This document shows, one piece after another, positions 1 through 11,498 of a stretch of DNA of 64,000 nucleotides. Within the stretch, counting starts at the first letter, position 1, and the number at the start of each line of letters is the position of its first letter. Source of the stretch: an uncultured delta proteobacterium. Lineage in GTDB: Bacteria > Myxococcota > Myxococcia > Myxococcales > Myxococcaceae. The stretch lies in contig CAVZMH010000015.1 of NCBI GenBank assembly GCA_963776345.1, forward strand, positions 1 to 64,000, in the 5' to 3' direction. The translations under genes and the position numbers were made by a program. The notes under the pieces are model-generated. The model did not search any database, was not told where the DNA came from, and saw nothing but the letters and a program-made list of their open reading frames with translations.

Positions 1-189
1 GCCGCGGTAGCCCTTGAACGCGCTCTTGCAGCCCTTCTCCCGGATGAGCCGCTCGGCCAGCTGGTCGAGGTCCCAGGTGGTGACCCCGGGTGCGACGGCG
101 GCCTCGAGCGCGTCGAGGATCTCCGCCACCACCCGTCCGGCGCGCCGCATCCGGTCGATCTCCGGCGCGCTCTTGAGCTCCACCGCCAC
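1..189 (-). CDS. map: Methionine aminopeptidase (5' part, runs off window)
   Basis: Manual translation from GTG at 189: MAVELKSAPEIDRMRRAGRVVAEILDALEAAVAPGVTTWDLDQLAERLIREKGCKSAFKGYRG. Canonical position after adk. Confidence 0.93.
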   Translation of the reverse strand, partial: MAVELKSAPEIDRMRRAGRVVAEILDALEAAVAPGVTTWDLDQLAERLIREKGCKSAFKGYRG

Positions 190-208
190 GCGAGGAACAT
201 AACTGGAA

Positions 209-352
209 GCCGCGGCCCTGGCCTGCCCGACGCCGGGGCTCCTGCGCCACCGAGTGCCGCGGCCGTGACCGAACGCGAGCGCCGCGGCCCTGGCCTGCCC
301 GACGCCGGGGCTCCTGCGCCACCGAGTGCCGCGGCCGTGACCTAACGCGGGC
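209..352. repeat. 72-bp tandem duplication (2 copies)
   Basis: 209-280 and 281-352: first 62 bp identical, last 10 bp differ at 2 positions (gaacgcgagc vs taacgcgggc). The second copy includes the adk stop codon. Confidence 0.95.
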
Positions 353-989
353 GGATGGCCTGCACCACCGCGGCCTCGATGGCCTCGGGCGCCCCGACGC
401 CGTCCACCACGTGGAGCAGGCCGCGCCGGGCGTAAAAGTCCTTCAGGGGGGCCGTGGAGGCGGCGTAGGCCTGCATCCGGGTGCGGACGCTGTCCTCGCG
501 GTCGTCCTGCCGCTGCACCAGGGCCGCGCCGCAGAGGTCGCAGTGGCCGTCCTTCCGGGGCGGGTTCTGCACCACGTGGTACACGCTCCCGTCGCGCGGG
601 CAGCTCCGGCGCCCCGAGATGCGTTCGACCAGGGTCTCGATCGGCACCTCGAGCGAGATGACCCCGTCCAGCGCCTTGCCGTGGTTGGCGAGCCCCTCCT
701 CGAGCTTCTCGGCCTGGGGAATGGTCCGGGGGAAGCCGTCGAGGATGAAGCCCTTCGCGGCGTCCGGCTGGAGCAGGCGGTCCTTGACGATGCCCACCAC
801 CAGGTCGTCCGGGACCAGCTTGCCTGCGGCCATCAGGGGGCCCGCCTGCTTCCCCAGCTCGGTCCCGTCCTTGACCGCCTGGCGCAGGATGTCCCCGGTC
901 GAGACCTGGGGGATGCCCCAGCGGGCCACCAGCCGCTGCGCCTGCGTTCCCTTCCCCGCGCCTGGTGGTCCGAGCAGGACCAGGTTCAT
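342..989 (-). CDS. adk: Adenylate kinase
   Basis: GPPGAGKGTQA P-loop, GFILDGFPRT, lid CPRD...CDLC; follows secY. Confidence 0.98.
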   Translation of the reverse strand: MNLVLLGPPGAGKGTQAQRLVARWGIPQVSTGDILRQAVKDGTELGKQAGPLMAAGKLVPDDLVVGIVKDRLLQPDAAKGFILDGFPRTIPQAEKLEEGLANHGKALDGVISLEVPIETLVERISGRRSCPRDGSVYHVVQNPPRKDGHCDLCGAALVQRQDDREDSVRTRMQAYAASTAPLKDFYARRGLLHVVDGVGAPEAIEAAVVQAIRPR

Positions 990-1015
990 CGTGCCCCTCC
1001 CCGGGAACGAACCCC

Positions 1016-2365
1016 TTATGCAGCCGGCCTCAGTCGCCCGCGGATCCGCGGGCCGCGCGCTCCGGCGAAGCCCTCGTAGTTCCGGCTGATGAGGTGGCCC
1101 TCGATCTGCTGGACAGTGTCCAGCGCCACGCCCACCACGATGAGCAGCGCCGTCCCGCCGAACTGGAACGGCAGTCCGCCGAAGGCCGGGTTGGAGAGGA
1201 TGGAGGGGATGACGCAGATGAGGGCGAGGTAGATGGCCCCGCCGAACGTGATCTTGTTCAGGACACCCGAGATGTACTCCGCCGTCTGCCGACCCGGCCG
1301 GATGCCGGGGATGTAGCCGCCCTGCTTCTTGATGTTGTCCGCGACGTCGTCGGCCCGGAAGGTGAGCGTGGTGTAGAAGTAGGTGAAGAAGATGATCAGC
1401 AGGACGAACACGCCGTCGTAGAGCCAGGCGTTGCTCTCCAGCGCCCGCTGCACCGTGGCCAGGCCGGGCAGCCAGTTCCCCAGCGTGGCCGGGAAGCTGA
1501 GGATGGCGCCGGCGAAGATGGGCGGGATGACGCCCGAGGTGTTCACCTTCATCGGGAAGTACGTGGCCTGACCGGCGAACATGGTCCGCCCGGCCATCCG
1601 CTTGGCGTACTGCACGGGGATCCGCCGCATCCCCCGTTCGATGTAGACCACCACCCCCACCACTGCGAGCATGAACACCGCCAGCACCGGGATGAGCCAG
1701 GCCTTGTCCTGCGACAGCTCGACCAGCCGGGTGGTGGCCGAGGGGAGCCGGGCCACGATGCCGGCGAAGATGATCAGCGAGATGCCGTTGCCGATGCCGC
1801 GCTCGGTGATCCGCTCACCGAGCCACATGATGAACGCCGTCCCCGCAGTGAGGGTGATCACCGTCATGACGGTGAACCACACCGAGTCGCTGGGGACCAC
1901 CACGTGGTCGATCTCCACGCCGCCGCGGCCGGGGATGGTGTGCCGCCCCAGCGAGGCGAGCCAGCGGGCGATGCCGATGCCCTGCACCACCGAGAGCACG
2001 ATGCTCCCGTAGCGGGTGTACTGGTTGAGCTTCTGCCGGCCGGCGGCGCCTTCCTTCTGCAGCCGCTCCAGCGTCGGCACCACCACCGTCAGGAGCTGCA
2101 TGATGATCGATGCCGAGACGTACGGCATGATCCCCAGCCCGAAGATGGACATCTGGTCCAGCGCGCCGCCGGAGAACAGGTTGAACAGGTTCACCAGCCC
2201 GCCGCGCGCCTTCTGCTCCTGCATGTAGGCGTTCATCGCCACCCGGTCCACGCCGGGGGTGTTGATGAAGATGCCCAGCCGGTAGATGGCGAGCATGGCC
2301 AGGGTGTAGGCGAGGCGCGACCGGAGCTCGGCGACCCGGAAGACGTTGGTGATGGCTCGGAACAT
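1016..2365 (-). CDS. secY: Preprotein translocase SecY
   Basis: LFSGGAL, SIFGLGIMPYVSASIIMQLL, GIGNGISLIIFAGIV, IPGIRPG motifs. Confidence 0.99.
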   Translation of the reverse strand: MFRAITNVFRVAELRSRLAYTLAMLAIYRLGIFINTPGVDRVAMNAYMQEQKARGGLVNLFNLFSGGALDQMSIFGLGIMPYVSASIIMQLLTVVVPTLERLQKEGAAGRQKLNQYTRYGSIVLSVVQGIGIARWLASLGRHTIPGRGGVEIDHVVVPSDSVWFTVMTVITLTAGTAFIMWLGERITERGIGNGISLIIFAGIVARLPSATTRLVELSQDKAWLIPVLAVFMLAVVGVVVYIERGMRRIPVQYAKRMAGRTMFAGQATYFPMKVNTSGVIPPIFAGAILSFPATLGNWLPGLATVQRALESNAWLYDGVFVLLIIFFTYFYTTLTFRADDVADNIKKQGGYIPGIRPGRQTAEYISGVLNKITFGGAIYLALICVIPSILSNPAFGGLPFQFGGTALLIVVGVALDTVQQIEGHLISRNYEGFAGARGPRIRGRLRPAA

Positions 2366-2427
2366 GGAGGAAGGCCGTCGAGACTACCGGATTGTCCCGG
2401 GCCGGCAAGACCCGGGACGGACGAACC

Positions 2428-2934
2428 TCAGGCCTTCGCGCCCTTGCCGGCGTGCGCCCTGGGGGCTGCCTCGGGCTTGTGGGCCATCAAGGGCACGAGC
2501 TCCACGGTGCCGCCGGCCTTCTCCACGGCCTCGCGGGCCTTGGCGGACGCGCGGTGCACGTGGACGGACACCTTGCGGCCGAGCGAGCCCGAGCCGAGCA
2601 GCTTGATGCCGTCCCAGACGCCCTTCACCAGCCCAGCCTTGCGCAGCGCGGCCTCGTCGACGCTCGCCCCGGCATCGAAGCGCTCCAGCTCGCCCACGTT
2701 CACCACCGCGAAATGCTTCCGGTTGGGTGGGTTGAACCCGAACTTCGGGAGCCGCCGCTGCAGCGGGCTCTGGCCGCCCTCGAAGCCCTCGAACCGCATG
2801 TTGCCGGTGCGGGCCTTCTGGCCCTTGCCGCCGCGGCCGGCGGTCTTGCCGAGGCCCGAGCCCTGGCCACGGCCCACGCGCTTCTTCCGGTGCCAGCTGG
2901 CCTTGGGTCTCCTCAGATTCGACAGGCTCGACAT
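2428..2934 (-). CDS. rplO: 50S ribosomal protein L15
   Basis: RVGRGQGSGLGKTAGRGGKGQKAR, FEGGQSPLQRRLPKFGF; start taken at ATG 2934. Confidence 0.97.
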   Translation of the reverse strand: MSSLSNLRRPKASWHRKKRVGRGQGSGLGKTAGRGGKGQKARTGNMRFEGFEGGQSPLQRRLPKFGFNPPNRKHFAVVNVGELERFDAGASVDEAALRKAGLVKGVWDGIKLLGSGSLGRKVSVHVHRASAKAREAVEKAGGTVELVPLMAHKPEAAPRAHAGKGAKA

Positions 2935-2935
2935 G

Positions 2936-3202
2936 TCACTGCTCCTTGGAGGCGCGCCGCTCACGGGCCGCCTCGCGGGCCTTCACCATCCGCGGCTTCC
3001 GCCGCGGCGCCTTGGCCGGATTGTCCTTCACTACCTCGTGGCTCACGAGGTGGCGGACCTTGGAGATCATCCCCCGGACGGACGGCGTGTCCTCGAGGAG
3101 CCGCTCCTGGCCGAACTTCTTCAGGCCCAGGCCGGCGATGGTCCGGAGCTGGGTGTCGCTCGCTCCAGCGAAGCTCTTGGTCAGCTTGATGCGCAGTCCC
3201 AT
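2936..3202 (-). CDS. rpmD: 50S ribosomal protein L30 with basic C-terminal extension
   Basis: LGLKK...DTPSVRGMISKVRHLV; between rpsE and rplO; 88 aa. Confidence 0.93.
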   Translation of the reverse strand: MGLRIKLTKSFAGASDTQLRTIAGLGLKKFGQERLLEDTPSVRGMISKVRHLVSHEVVKDNPAKAPRRKPRMVKAREAARERRASKEQ

Positions 3203-3210
3203 GGTCGTCC

Positions 3211-3717
3211 TCAGGCGTGCTTGCCGTACTCCAGTTCGCGCCCGCGGAGGCGGGACACCTGGTCCGGGGAACGGAGCGACTTGAGGCCGGCCACCGTGGC
3301 CTTGAGCACGTTGTGCGGGTTCCGGCTGCCCTGGCTCTTGGTCAGGATGTTCCGGATGCCGGCCGCCTCGAGCACCGCCCGGACCGAGCCGCCGGCGATG
3401 ACGCCGGTGCCCTCGGCGGCGGGCTTGAGCAGCACCCGCCCTGCGCCGAAGTGGCCCAGGACCTCGTGGGGGATGGTGTGGCCCTGCAGCGGCACGCGGA
3501 AGAGGTTCTTCTTCGCGTTCTCGCCGCCCTTGCGGATCGCCTCGGGCACCTCGTTCGCCTTGCCCAGGCCGACGCCGACGTGTCCGGCACCGTCACCGAC
3601 GACGACCAGCGCCGAGAAGCTGAACCGCCGGCCGCCCTTCACCACCTTCGCGACGCGGTTGATGTTGACGACGCGATCGCTGAGATCGAGGTCGTTGGGA
3701 TTGATGGGAGTCGCCAC
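3211..3717 (-). CDS. rpsE: 30S ribosomal protein S5
   Basis: [32 protein letters not shown]. Confidence 0.99.
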   Translation of the reverse strand: MATPINPNDLDLSDRVVNINRVAKVVKGGRRFSFSALVVVGDGAGHVGVGLGKANEVPEAIRKGGENAKKNLFRVPLQGHTIPHEVLGHFGAGRVLLKPAAEGTGVIAGGSVRAVLEAAGIRNILTKSQGSRNPHNVLKATVAGLKSLRSPDQVSRLRGRELEYGKHA

Positions 3718-3732
3718 GCTGCCCGGCCTTTC

Positions 3733-4086
3733 CTAGAACTCGAGGCCGGCCTCGCGGGCCGCCTCCGCCACGGCCGCGATGCGGCCCTGGTACGGGAATC
3801 CGTTTCTGTCGAACACCACCCGGGTCACCTTGGCGGCCTTGGCCTTCTCGGCCACCAGCCGCCCCACCCGCTTGGCGTCCTCCTTCTTGTCGCCCTCGTC
3901 CTTGCCCTTGAGCTCCTTGGAGAGGCTGGAGGCGAACGCCAGGGTCCGGCCGGTGGAGTCGTCCACCACCTGGGCGTAGATGTGCTTGAGGCTCTTGTAG
4001 ACGGTGAGCCGCGGCCGCTCCGCGGTGCCGGAGAGCTTCCGCCGGATGCGGTTCTTCCTCTTGAGGCGGGGGTCGATGGTCGACAT
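3733..4086 (-). CDS. rplR: 50S ribosomal protein L18
   Basis: [37 protein letters not shown]. Confidence 0.98.
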   Translation of the reverse strand: MSTIDPRLKRKNRIRRKLSGTAERPRLTVYKSLKHIYAQVVDDSTGRTLAFASSLSKELKGKDEGDKKEDAKRVGRLVAEKAKAAKVTRVVFDRNGFPYQGRIAAVAEAAREAGLEF

Positions 4087-4158
4087 GTGCTGTTTCCTCG
4101 GTCCGTCCGGCGCGGATCGGGACTTCCCGCGCCGGATGATGAGTGTGGCGGCGTCCGC

Positions 4159-4725
4159 TTACGCGGTGCCGGTCTTCCCTTCCTTCCGACGCACGCGCTC
4201 GTCGGCGTACTTGATGCCCTTGCCCTTGTACGGCTCGGGCGGCCGGAGCGCGCGGATCTTCACCGCGGTCTCGCCCAGGGCCTCGCGGTCCACGCTGCGC
4301 AGGGTGAGCCCGATGGTGGGCAGGCTGTCCTCGGTACGGGGCACCTTGTCCACCTCGGCGGTCACCCCCTCGGGGAGGTCGAACACCACCGGGTGGCTGT
4401 AGCCCAGGGCGAAGTGGATCTGCTTCCCCTTCACCTCGGCGCGGAAGCCCACCCCGCGGATGTCGAGCTTGCGCTCCCAGCCGGTGGCCACGCCCTTGGC
4501 CGCGTTGGCCACCAGGCTGCGGGCCAGGCCGTGGAGGCTCCGGGACTCGCGGGTGTCGTCCGGCCGCTGGACGTGGATCTGCCCGTCCTTCACGTCGGCG
4601 GTGATGGTCGCCGGCAGCGGGACCTTCATCTTCCCCTTGGGACCCTCGAGGGCCACCGCGCCACTCGCCACCGAGGCCTTCACCTTGGGCTCCAGCTTGA
4701 TCGCCAGCTTTCCGATTCGGCTCAT
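4159..4725 (-). CDS. rplF: 50S ribosomal protein L6
   Basis: MSRIGK, LGYSHPV, RPPEPYKGKGIKY. Confidence 0.98.
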   Translation of the reverse strand: MSRIGKLAIKLEPKVKASVASGAVALEGPKGKMKVPLPATITADVKDGQIHVQRPDDTRESRSLHGLARSLVANAAKGVATGWERKLDIRGVGFRAEVKGKQIHFALGYSHPVVFDLPEGVTAEVDKVPRTEDSLPTIGLTLRSVDREALGETAVKIRALRPPEPYKGKGIKYADERVRRKEGKTGTA

Positions 4726-4726
4726 G

Positions 4727-5125
4727 TCAGTACACCGTGCAGATCAGCTCGCCGCCGATGTTCTGCTTGCGGGCCTCGACATCGCTGAGGATGCCCTGGC
4801 TGGTGGAGAGGATGCTGATGCCCAGCCCGCCGAGGACCGGGCGGATGTCGCGGACCGGGACGTAGCGGCGCAGGCCCGGCTTGCTGATCCGGCGGATGCC
4901 GGTGATGACCGGGCTCTTGTCCGGGCCGTACTTGAGCTGGAGGGTGATCTCCCCCTGCGGCTGGACGTCGTGCTCGGTGTAGTCCGCGATGTAGCCCTGC
5001 TCCTTGAGCACCCGGGCGATCTGGACTTTCAGCTTGGAGGTCGGCATCACGACCTTGTCGTGGCGCGCCCTCGAGGCATTGCGGATGCGGGTCAGCATGT
5101 CGCCGACCGGATCGTTCACTGGCAT
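4727..5125 (-). CDS. rpsH: 30S ribosomal protein S8
   Basis: [34 protein letters not shown]; start ATG 5125. Confidence 0.98.
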   Translation of the reverse strand: MPVNDPVGDMLTRIRNASRARHDKVVMPTSKLKVQIARVLKEQGYIADYTEHDVQPQGEITLQLKYGPDKSPVITGIRRISKPGLRRYVPVRDIRPVLGGLGISILSTSQGILSDVEARKQNIGGELICTVY

Positions 5126-5260
5126 CTGTCGTTCCTCTCGCTCGTCCTTCGTCCGGGTGCCCCGTGTCGGGGCGCCTCCCGGGCTCGTCGTTGTTCGCCC
5201 GCGGCCGCCTGGCCGTGACGACACGGGGGTCCGTGCCGCGGACGTGCTTGCCCTTGTCTT

Positions 5261-5446
5261 CTACCAGGAACTCTTGATGACTCCCGTCACCTCGCCCTGC
5301 AGCGCCCGCTTGCGGAGGCAGATCCGGCACATCTGGAACTTGCGCAGAAACGCGCGGGGCCTCCCGCAGAGCGGGCAGCGGTTGTACTTGCGCACCGCGA
5401 ACTTCGGCTTGCGCTTCGCCTGGGCGATCTTGGAAAGCTTGGCCAT
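5261..5446 (-). CDS. rpsN: 30S ribosomal protein S14 (short zinc-binding type)
   Basis: 61 aa, RCPLCGRPR...CRIC. Confidence 0.98.
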   Translation of the reverse strand: MAKLSKIAQAKRKPKFAVRKYNRCPLCGRPRAFLRKFQMCRICLRKRALQGEVTGVIKSSW

Positions 5447-5460
5447 TCTGGTCGTTCTCT

Positions 5461-6117
<657 letters not shown>

Positions 6118-6193
6118 CGTCGCTCGTCCTCGCCTCGCTTCGACGGGGCGTCATGACTCCACCGCCGTCGATCCAGGCCGTTGATTCATCACG

Positions 6194-6529
6194 TCAGTCG
6201 ATCTTCGCGTCGCACTTCTTGCAGAAGCGGACCTTCTTGTCGCCCTCGTCCCGGATGCCCACCCGGGTCGCGGCGTCGCACTTCTTGCAGACCACCTGGA
6301 CCGCCGAGAGCGCGATGCTGCCCGGGCGCTCGAGGATGCCGCCTTCGGGGTTGGCCCGATCGCGGCCCTTGCGGATGTGCCGCTTGACGGTCCGCAGCCC
6401 CTCGACGCGGACGCGGAGCGCGTCCCGGTCGATGGCGAGGATCTTCCCCCGCTTGCTGGCCTTGTCCTTGTTGGACCGCTCGGCGCCCGCCACCACCTCG
6501 ACCAGGTCGCCAATCTTGAGTTTCTGCAT
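6194..6529 (-). CDS. rplX: 50S ribosomal protein L24
   Basis: KOW-like [39 protein letters not shown] x2. Confidence 0.96.
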   Translation of the reverse strand: MQKLKIGDLVEVVAGAERSNKDKASKRGKILAIDRDALRVRVEGLRTVKRHIRKGRDRANPEGGILERPGSIALSAVQVVCKKCDAATRVGIRDEGDKKVRFCKKCDAKID

Positions 6530-6548
6530 GTTCTCTCGGCGCTCCCGC

Positions 6549-6917
6549 CCAGAGCACTTCCGGGGCGAGGGAGATGATCTTCATGAACTTCCGGGCGCGG
6601 AGCTCGCGGGCCACCGGGCCGAAGATGCGGGTCCCGATCGGCTCCAGGTCCTTGTTGATCAGCACCGCCGAGTTCCCGTCGAACTTGATGAAGCTGCCGT
6701 CCGGCCGCCCCACCTCGCGCTTGGTCCGGACGATGACCGCCTTGGCCACGTCCCCCTTCTTTACCTTGCTGTTGGGGAGCGCCTCGCGGACCGAGACCAC
6801 GATGATGTCCCCGATGCTGGCGTACTTCCGCTTCGAGCCGCCGAGCACCTTGATGCAGAACACCTTCTTGGCGCCGGAGTTGTCGGCGACGTCCAGCACG
6901 CTGGTCATCTGGATCAT
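6549..6917 (-). CDS. rplN: 50S ribosomal protein L14 (expected stop reads TGG at 6549-6551)
   Basis: [17 protein letters not shown]...[10 protein letters not shown] = canonical 122 aa. Codon 123 is TGG, so the called ORF runs to 6189. Confidence 0.95.
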
Positions 6918-6931
6918 GGTCGGTCAGCTCC

Positions 6932-7252
6932 TCACTCGCGCGTGCCGCGCTCGAGCACCTCGACCACCCGCCAGCGCTTGTCCTTGCTGGTGGGCCGGGT
7001 CTCGGCGATCCGCACCCGGTCGCCCTCGTGCAGCGTCGGGTTCTTCGGGTAGTCGTGATCCTCGGCGTGCGCCTTGTACTTCTCGCGCAGCGTCAGGATC
7101 TTCCCGTACTTCCTGTGTGCGGCGCGCCGGCGCACGGTCACCACCACCGTCTTCTGCATCTTGTTGCTGGTGACGATGCCGGTGCGCATCTTGGGGCGCC
7201 CGCGATGGCTCTCCGCCTGCGGAGCGCCCGTCTGTTCCGTGGTCTCGGCCAT
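6932..7252 (-). CDS. rpsQ: 30S ribosomal protein S17
   Basis: [25 protein letters not shown]. Confidence 0.97.
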   Translation of the reverse strand: MAETTEQTGAPQAESHRGRPKMRTGIVTSNKMQKTVVVTVRRRAAHRKYGKILTLREKYKAHAEDHDYPKNPTLHEGDRVRIAETRPTSKDKRWRVVEVLERGTRE

Positions 7253-7266
7253 GTTCGTTCCTCGCC

Positions 7267-7476
7267 TCAGGCCTTCGCCCCGGCGGCCCTTTCCTTCTGG
7301 GTGATGACGGTGAGGATCCGCGCCAGGTCCCGGCGGGCCTCGGCCCGCTTGGCCGGGCTCTCCAGCGCGCCGGTCCGCAGCTTCAGCCGGTCCTTGAACA
7401 GGGACTCGCGCAGCTCGACCGCGCGCCGGTTGAGGTCCTCGAGAGTCAGCTCGTGCAGCTCCTTGGCGGTGGCCAT
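7267..7476 (-). CDS. rpmC: 50S ribosomal protein L29
   Basis: RRDLARILT; between rplP and rpsQ. Confidence 0.95.
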   Translation of the reverse strand: MATAKELHELTLEDLNRRAVELRESLFKDRLKLRTGALESPAKRAEARRDLARILTVITQKERAAGAKA

Positions 7477-7489
7477 TGTCGTGTTCCTC

Positions 7490-7909
7490 TTACAGCGACA
7501 GATCCGCCCGGTGGACGATGCGGGTGAGCACCGGGAGCTTGGCCTGGGCCAGCTTCAGCGCCTCGTGGGCCAGCTGCTCTTCCATCCCGCCCATCTCGTA
7601 GAGGATGCGGCCGGGCTTCACCACCGCGACGTAGTACTCCACGCCGCCCTTGCCGGTGCCCATGCGGGTCTCGGCCGGCTTCTTGGTGATCGGCTTGTCC
7701 GGGAAGATTCGGATCCAGATCTTCCCGCCCCGCTTCACGTGGCGGGTCATGGCGATACGGGCCGCCTCGATCTGCCGGGAGGTGATCCACCCGGGCTGGG
7801 TGGTCATCAGGCCGAACTCGCCGTAGGTGAGGTTCGAGCCCCGGTATGCCTTCCCCGGCATCCGGCCCTTCTGCATCTTGCGATATTTGGTGCGCGCAGG
7901 CTGAAGCAT
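7490..7909 (-). CDS. rplP: 50S ribosomal protein L16
   Basis: [37 protein letters not shown]. Confidence 0.99.
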   Translation of the reverse strand: MLQPARTKYRKMQKGRMPGKAYRGSNLTYGEFGLMTTQPGWITSRQIEAARIAMTRHVKRGGKIWIRIFPDKPITKKPAETRMGTGKGGVEYYVAVVKPGRILYEMGGMEEQLAHEALKLAQAKLPVLTRIVHRADLSL

Positions 7910-7918
7910 GGTCGTTCT

Positions 7919-8584
<666 letters not shown>

Positions 8585-8595
8585 GGTGCGCTCTC

Positions 8596-8955
8596 CTAAC
8601 TCTTCCGCGAACGGACCGGCGTGTCGGCGAGCACCACGTGCACGTGGCTGCTCTTCTTGTGGATGGGAGTGGCCCGGCCCATCGCCCGCGGCATGAACCG
8701 CTTCAGCGTGGGGCCCTGGTCCACCGAGATGGTCTTCACGTACAGCGCGTCCACGTCCACCTGGCCCTTGGAGAGGTCCGTGGCGTTGGCCACCGCGCTC
8801 TGGATCAGCTTGGCCACCGGCTTGGCCGCGGCCCGCTTGGTGAACCGGAGGATGTTGAGGGCCGCGCCCACGGGCTTGCCGCGGACCAGGTCCACCACCA
8901 CCGCGATCTTGCGGGGCGACATCCGGAAGTTCATGAGGTGCGCAGTCGATTCCAT
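8596..8955 (-). CDS. rplV: 50S ribosomal protein L22
   Basis: [24 protein letters not shown]; start ATG 8955. Confidence 0.97.
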   Translation of the reverse strand: MESTAHLMNFRMSPRKIAVVVDLVRGKPVGAALNILRFTKRAAAKPVAKLIQSAVANATDLSKGQVDVDALYVKTISVDQGPTLKRFMPRAMGRATPIHKKSSHVHVVLADTPVRSRKS

Positions 8956-8966
8956 TGGCTGCTCTC

Positions 8967-9257
8967 TCACTTGCCCGGGGGCGGCTTGGCGACCTTCTTC
9001 TCCGCCGAGTGGCCGGTGAAGGATCGGGTGGGGGAGAACTCGCCGAGCTTGTGACCCACCATGTTCTCGGTCACGAACACCGGGATGAACTTCCGCCCGT
9101 TGTGCACCGCGAAGGTGTGCCCCACGAACTCGGGAAGGATCGTGGACCGGCGGGACCAGGTCTTGAGGACCTTCTTCTGGTTGCCCTTGATCAGGTCCTC
9201 GACCTTCTTGAGCAGATGGGCGTCGACGAACGGGCCCTTCTTGATGGAACGTGCCAC
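8967..9257 (-). CDS. rpsS: 30S ribosomal protein S19
   Basis: [23 protein letters not shown]. Confidence 0.99.
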   Translation of the reverse strand: MARSIKKGPFVDAHLLKKVEDLIKGNQKKVLKTWSRRSTILPEFVGHTFAVHNGRKFIPVFVTENMVGHKLGEFSPTRSFTGHSAEKKVAKPPPGK

Positions 9258-9272
9258 TTTGGTCGCCCTCTC

Positions 9273-10118
9273 CTACTGGCTCCGGACGCCGGACCGGCGC
9301 CCGCTGACGATGAACTTGTCGGTCCGCTTGTTCTTGCGGGTGCTGAGACCCTTGGTCTTCTGACCCCAGGGGCTCACGGGGTGCGGGTTACCCTGGCCGG
9401 ACTTGCCCTCGCCACCGCCGTGCGGGTGGTCGACCGGGTTCATGGCCAGACCGCGGACGGTGGGCCGGATGCCCAGCCAGCGGCTCTTGCCCGCCTTGCC
9501 GATCCGGATGATGTCGTGGTCGGCGTTGCCGATCTGGCCGATGGTGGCCCGGCACTCCAGGAGGACCTTCCGGACCACGCCCGAGGGCAGACGGATCTGG
9601 GCGTAGCTGCCCTCCTTCGCCATCAGCTGCCCGGAGGAGCCGGCCGAGCGGATCATCTGCGCCCCGCGGCCCGGCTTCAGCTCCACGTTGTGGATGGTGG
9701 TCCCCACCGGGATGTTCCCCAGCGGCAGGGCGTTCCCGGGCCGGATGTCCGCCTGGTCGCCGGCGAACAGGGTGTCGCCCACGGTGAGGCCCAGCGGGGC
9801 GAGGATGTAGCGCTTCTCGCCGTCGGCGTAGTGGAGGAGGGCGATGTTGGCCGAGCGGTTCGGGTCGTACTCCACGCTCGCCACCTTGGCCGGGACGCCG
9901 TCCTTGTCGCGCCGCTTGAAGTCGATGACCCGGTAGCGGCGCTTGTGGCCGCCGCCCTGGTGACGCCGGGTGATGTGGCCGTGGACGTTGCGCCCGCCCG
10001 AGCGCTTCATCGCCTCGGTGAGCGACTTCTCCGGCCGGTCGCGGGTGACGTCCGCGAAGTCCGAGACCGTCGTCAGGCGACGGGCAGCCGAGGTCGGCTT
10101 GAACTTCTTGATGCCCAT
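9273..10118 (-). CDS. rplB: 50S ribosomal protein L2
   Basis: [26 protein letters not shown]. Confidence 0.99.
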   Translation of the reverse strand: MGIKKFKPTSAARRLTTVSDFADVTRDRPEKSLTEAMKRSGGRNVHGHITRRHQGGGHKRRYRVIDFKRRDKDGVPAKVASVEYDPNRSANIALLHYADGEKRYILAPLGLTVGDTLFAGDQADIRPGNALPLGNIPVGTTIHNVELKPGRGAQMIRSAGSSGQLMAKEGSYAQIRLPSGVVRKVLLECRATIGQIGNADHDIIRIGKAGKSRWLGIRPTVRGLAMNPVDHPHGGGEGKSGQGNPHPVSPWGQKTKGLSTRKNKRTDKFIVSGRRSGVRSQ

Positions 10119-10119
10119 G

Positions 10120-10413
10120 TCAGACCACGCCTCCCTCGAACAGGTCGATCTTGTCGCCTACCTTCAGGGTGACGATCGCCTTCTTGTAGTTGGGGCGCTT
10201 GCCGGTGCTCCGCCCCACCCGCTTCACCTTGCCGCGGACGATGGTGGTGCGGACCGCCTCGACGTGGACGCTGAACAGCGACTCCACCGCCCGGGCCACG
10301 TCGTGCTTGGTGGCCTCCCGGTCGACCAGGAAGCTGTAGTGCCGGAACTTCTCCCGGGCGCGATCCAGCTTCTCGGTGATCAGCGGGCCCTTGATGACGT
10401 CTGTGGGGATCAT
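10120..10413 (-). CDS. rplW: 50S ribosomal protein L23
   Basis: [14 protein letters not shown]. Confidence 0.97.
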   Translation of the reverse strand: MIPTDVIKGPLITEKLDRAREKFRHYSFLVDREATKHDVARAVESLFSVHVEAVRTTIVRGKVKRVGRSTGKRPNYKKAIVTLKVGDKIDLFEGGVV

Positions 10414-10419
10414 GGTCGG

Positions 10420-11046
10420 CTACGCCTCCAGCGCCTGATTGATGGCCTGGGCCGCGGCGGAGGACAGGACCACCGCCTTGTGCTTGAGGAGCGACTCGAG
10501 GTTCAGCCCCTCGGGGGGGAGCACGTCGAAGTCGACCAGGTTCCGCACCGTCCGGTGGAGCAGCGTGTTCTTCCGCTCGTCCACCACCAGGGCGTCCTTC
10601 AGCTTCAGCCGCCGGGTGAGGAGCTCCAGGGTCGCCTTGGTCTTGGGCGACTCGAGGTCGAAGGTGTCGACGATGAGGAGGGCCTTCTCCCGGGCGCGGA
10701 GCGACAGCGCGGCGCAGAGCGCGCCCCGGCGGACCTTCCTCGGCGGCCGGTAGGTGTAGTCCCGGGCCTTGGGGGCCATGGCCTTCCCGCCGCCGACCCA
10801 CTGGCTGGCGCGGATGGAGCCCTGGCGGGCGCGGCCGGTGCCCTTCTGCTTGTAGGGCTTCTTGCCGCCGCCCGAGACCAGCGAGGTGTTCTTCACCCCC
10901 ACGGTGCCGCGGCGGCGGTTGATCGCCTGGAACTTGGCGACCTCGTAGAAGAGGTTGGGGTTGGGCTCGGCGCCGAACACCTCGTCCGAGAGCTCGATCT
11001 CCCGGACCTTCTTCCTATCCAGATCGACGACGTCGAACTTGGCCAT
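10420..11046 (-). CDS. rplD: 50S ribosomal protein L4
   Basis: [23 protein letters not shown]. Confidence 0.98.
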   Translation of the reverse strand: MAKFDVVDLDRKKVREIELSDEVFGAEPNPNLFYEVAKFQAINRRRGTVGVKNTSLVSGGGKKPYKQKGTGRARQGSIRASQWVGGGKAMAPKARDYTYRPPRKVRRGALCAALSLRAREKALLIVDTFDLESPKTKATLELLTRRLKLKDALVVDERKNTLLHRTVRNLVDFDVLPPEGLNLESLLKHKAVVLSSAAAQAINQALEA

Positions 11047-11049
11047 GGC

Positions 11050-11358
11050 TTAGCTCTTGATCTCGACGTCGACGCCGGCCGACAGGTCGAGCTTCATGAG
11101 GGCGTCCAGCGTCTGCTGGGTGGGCTCGAGGATGTCGAGGAGCCGCTTGTGGGTGCGGATCTCGAACTGCTCCCGGCTCTTCTTGTCCACGTGCGGGCTG
11201 CGGAGCACCGTGAACTTGTTGATCCGAGTCGGAAGGGGGATCGGACCGGCCACCCGGGCGCCAGTGCGCCGGGCGGTCTCGACGATCTCTCCTGCGGACT
11301 GATCCAGGAGCTTCGAGTCGTACGCCTTGAGCCGGATGCGAATCTTTTGAGTCGCCAT
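11050..11358 (-). CDS. rpsJ: 30S ribosomal protein S10
   Basis: [30 protein letters not shown]. Confidence 0.99.
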   Translation of the reverse strand: MATQKIRIRLKAYDSKLLDQSAGEIVETARRTGARVAGPIPLPTRINKFTVLRSPHVDKKSREQFEIRTHKRLLDILEPTQQTLDALMKLDLSAGVDVEIKS

Positions 11359-11460
11359 TCTTCGGATGTCCTCGACTGCCGCGACGCCCGGCCGGTCCCC
11401 CTGCGGGGCCCGCCCGGTGTCCCTCGATGCTCCTGGTTGTCACAGAACTGCTGCGACGAA

Positions 11461-11498
11461 GGGGCGCGCTACCTAGCACCCCGACGGAACTGGTGCAA
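11461..11498 (-). promoter_or_regulatory. Candidate sigma70 promoter of S10 operon
   Basis: Minus strand TTGCAC-N17-TAGGTA followed by GC-rich GCGCGCCCC. Same layout as the candidate upstream of rpsL, but the -10 is imperfect. Confidence 0.4.

Noticed and set aside
198..344. Pyrrolysine or readthrough of the adk TAG into the repeat
   Set aside because: Adk is already full length, the extension is low complexity and it is out of frame with map.
209..352. CRISPR array
   Set aside because: Two adjacent copies with no spacers and no cas genes.
965..3736. Very long plus-strand ORFs antisense to ribosomal genes, and similar ones at 14926-17238, 21708-23876 and 40677-44210
   Set aside because: Shadow ORFs caused by high GC3 bias; no motifs, and they overlap well-supported genes.
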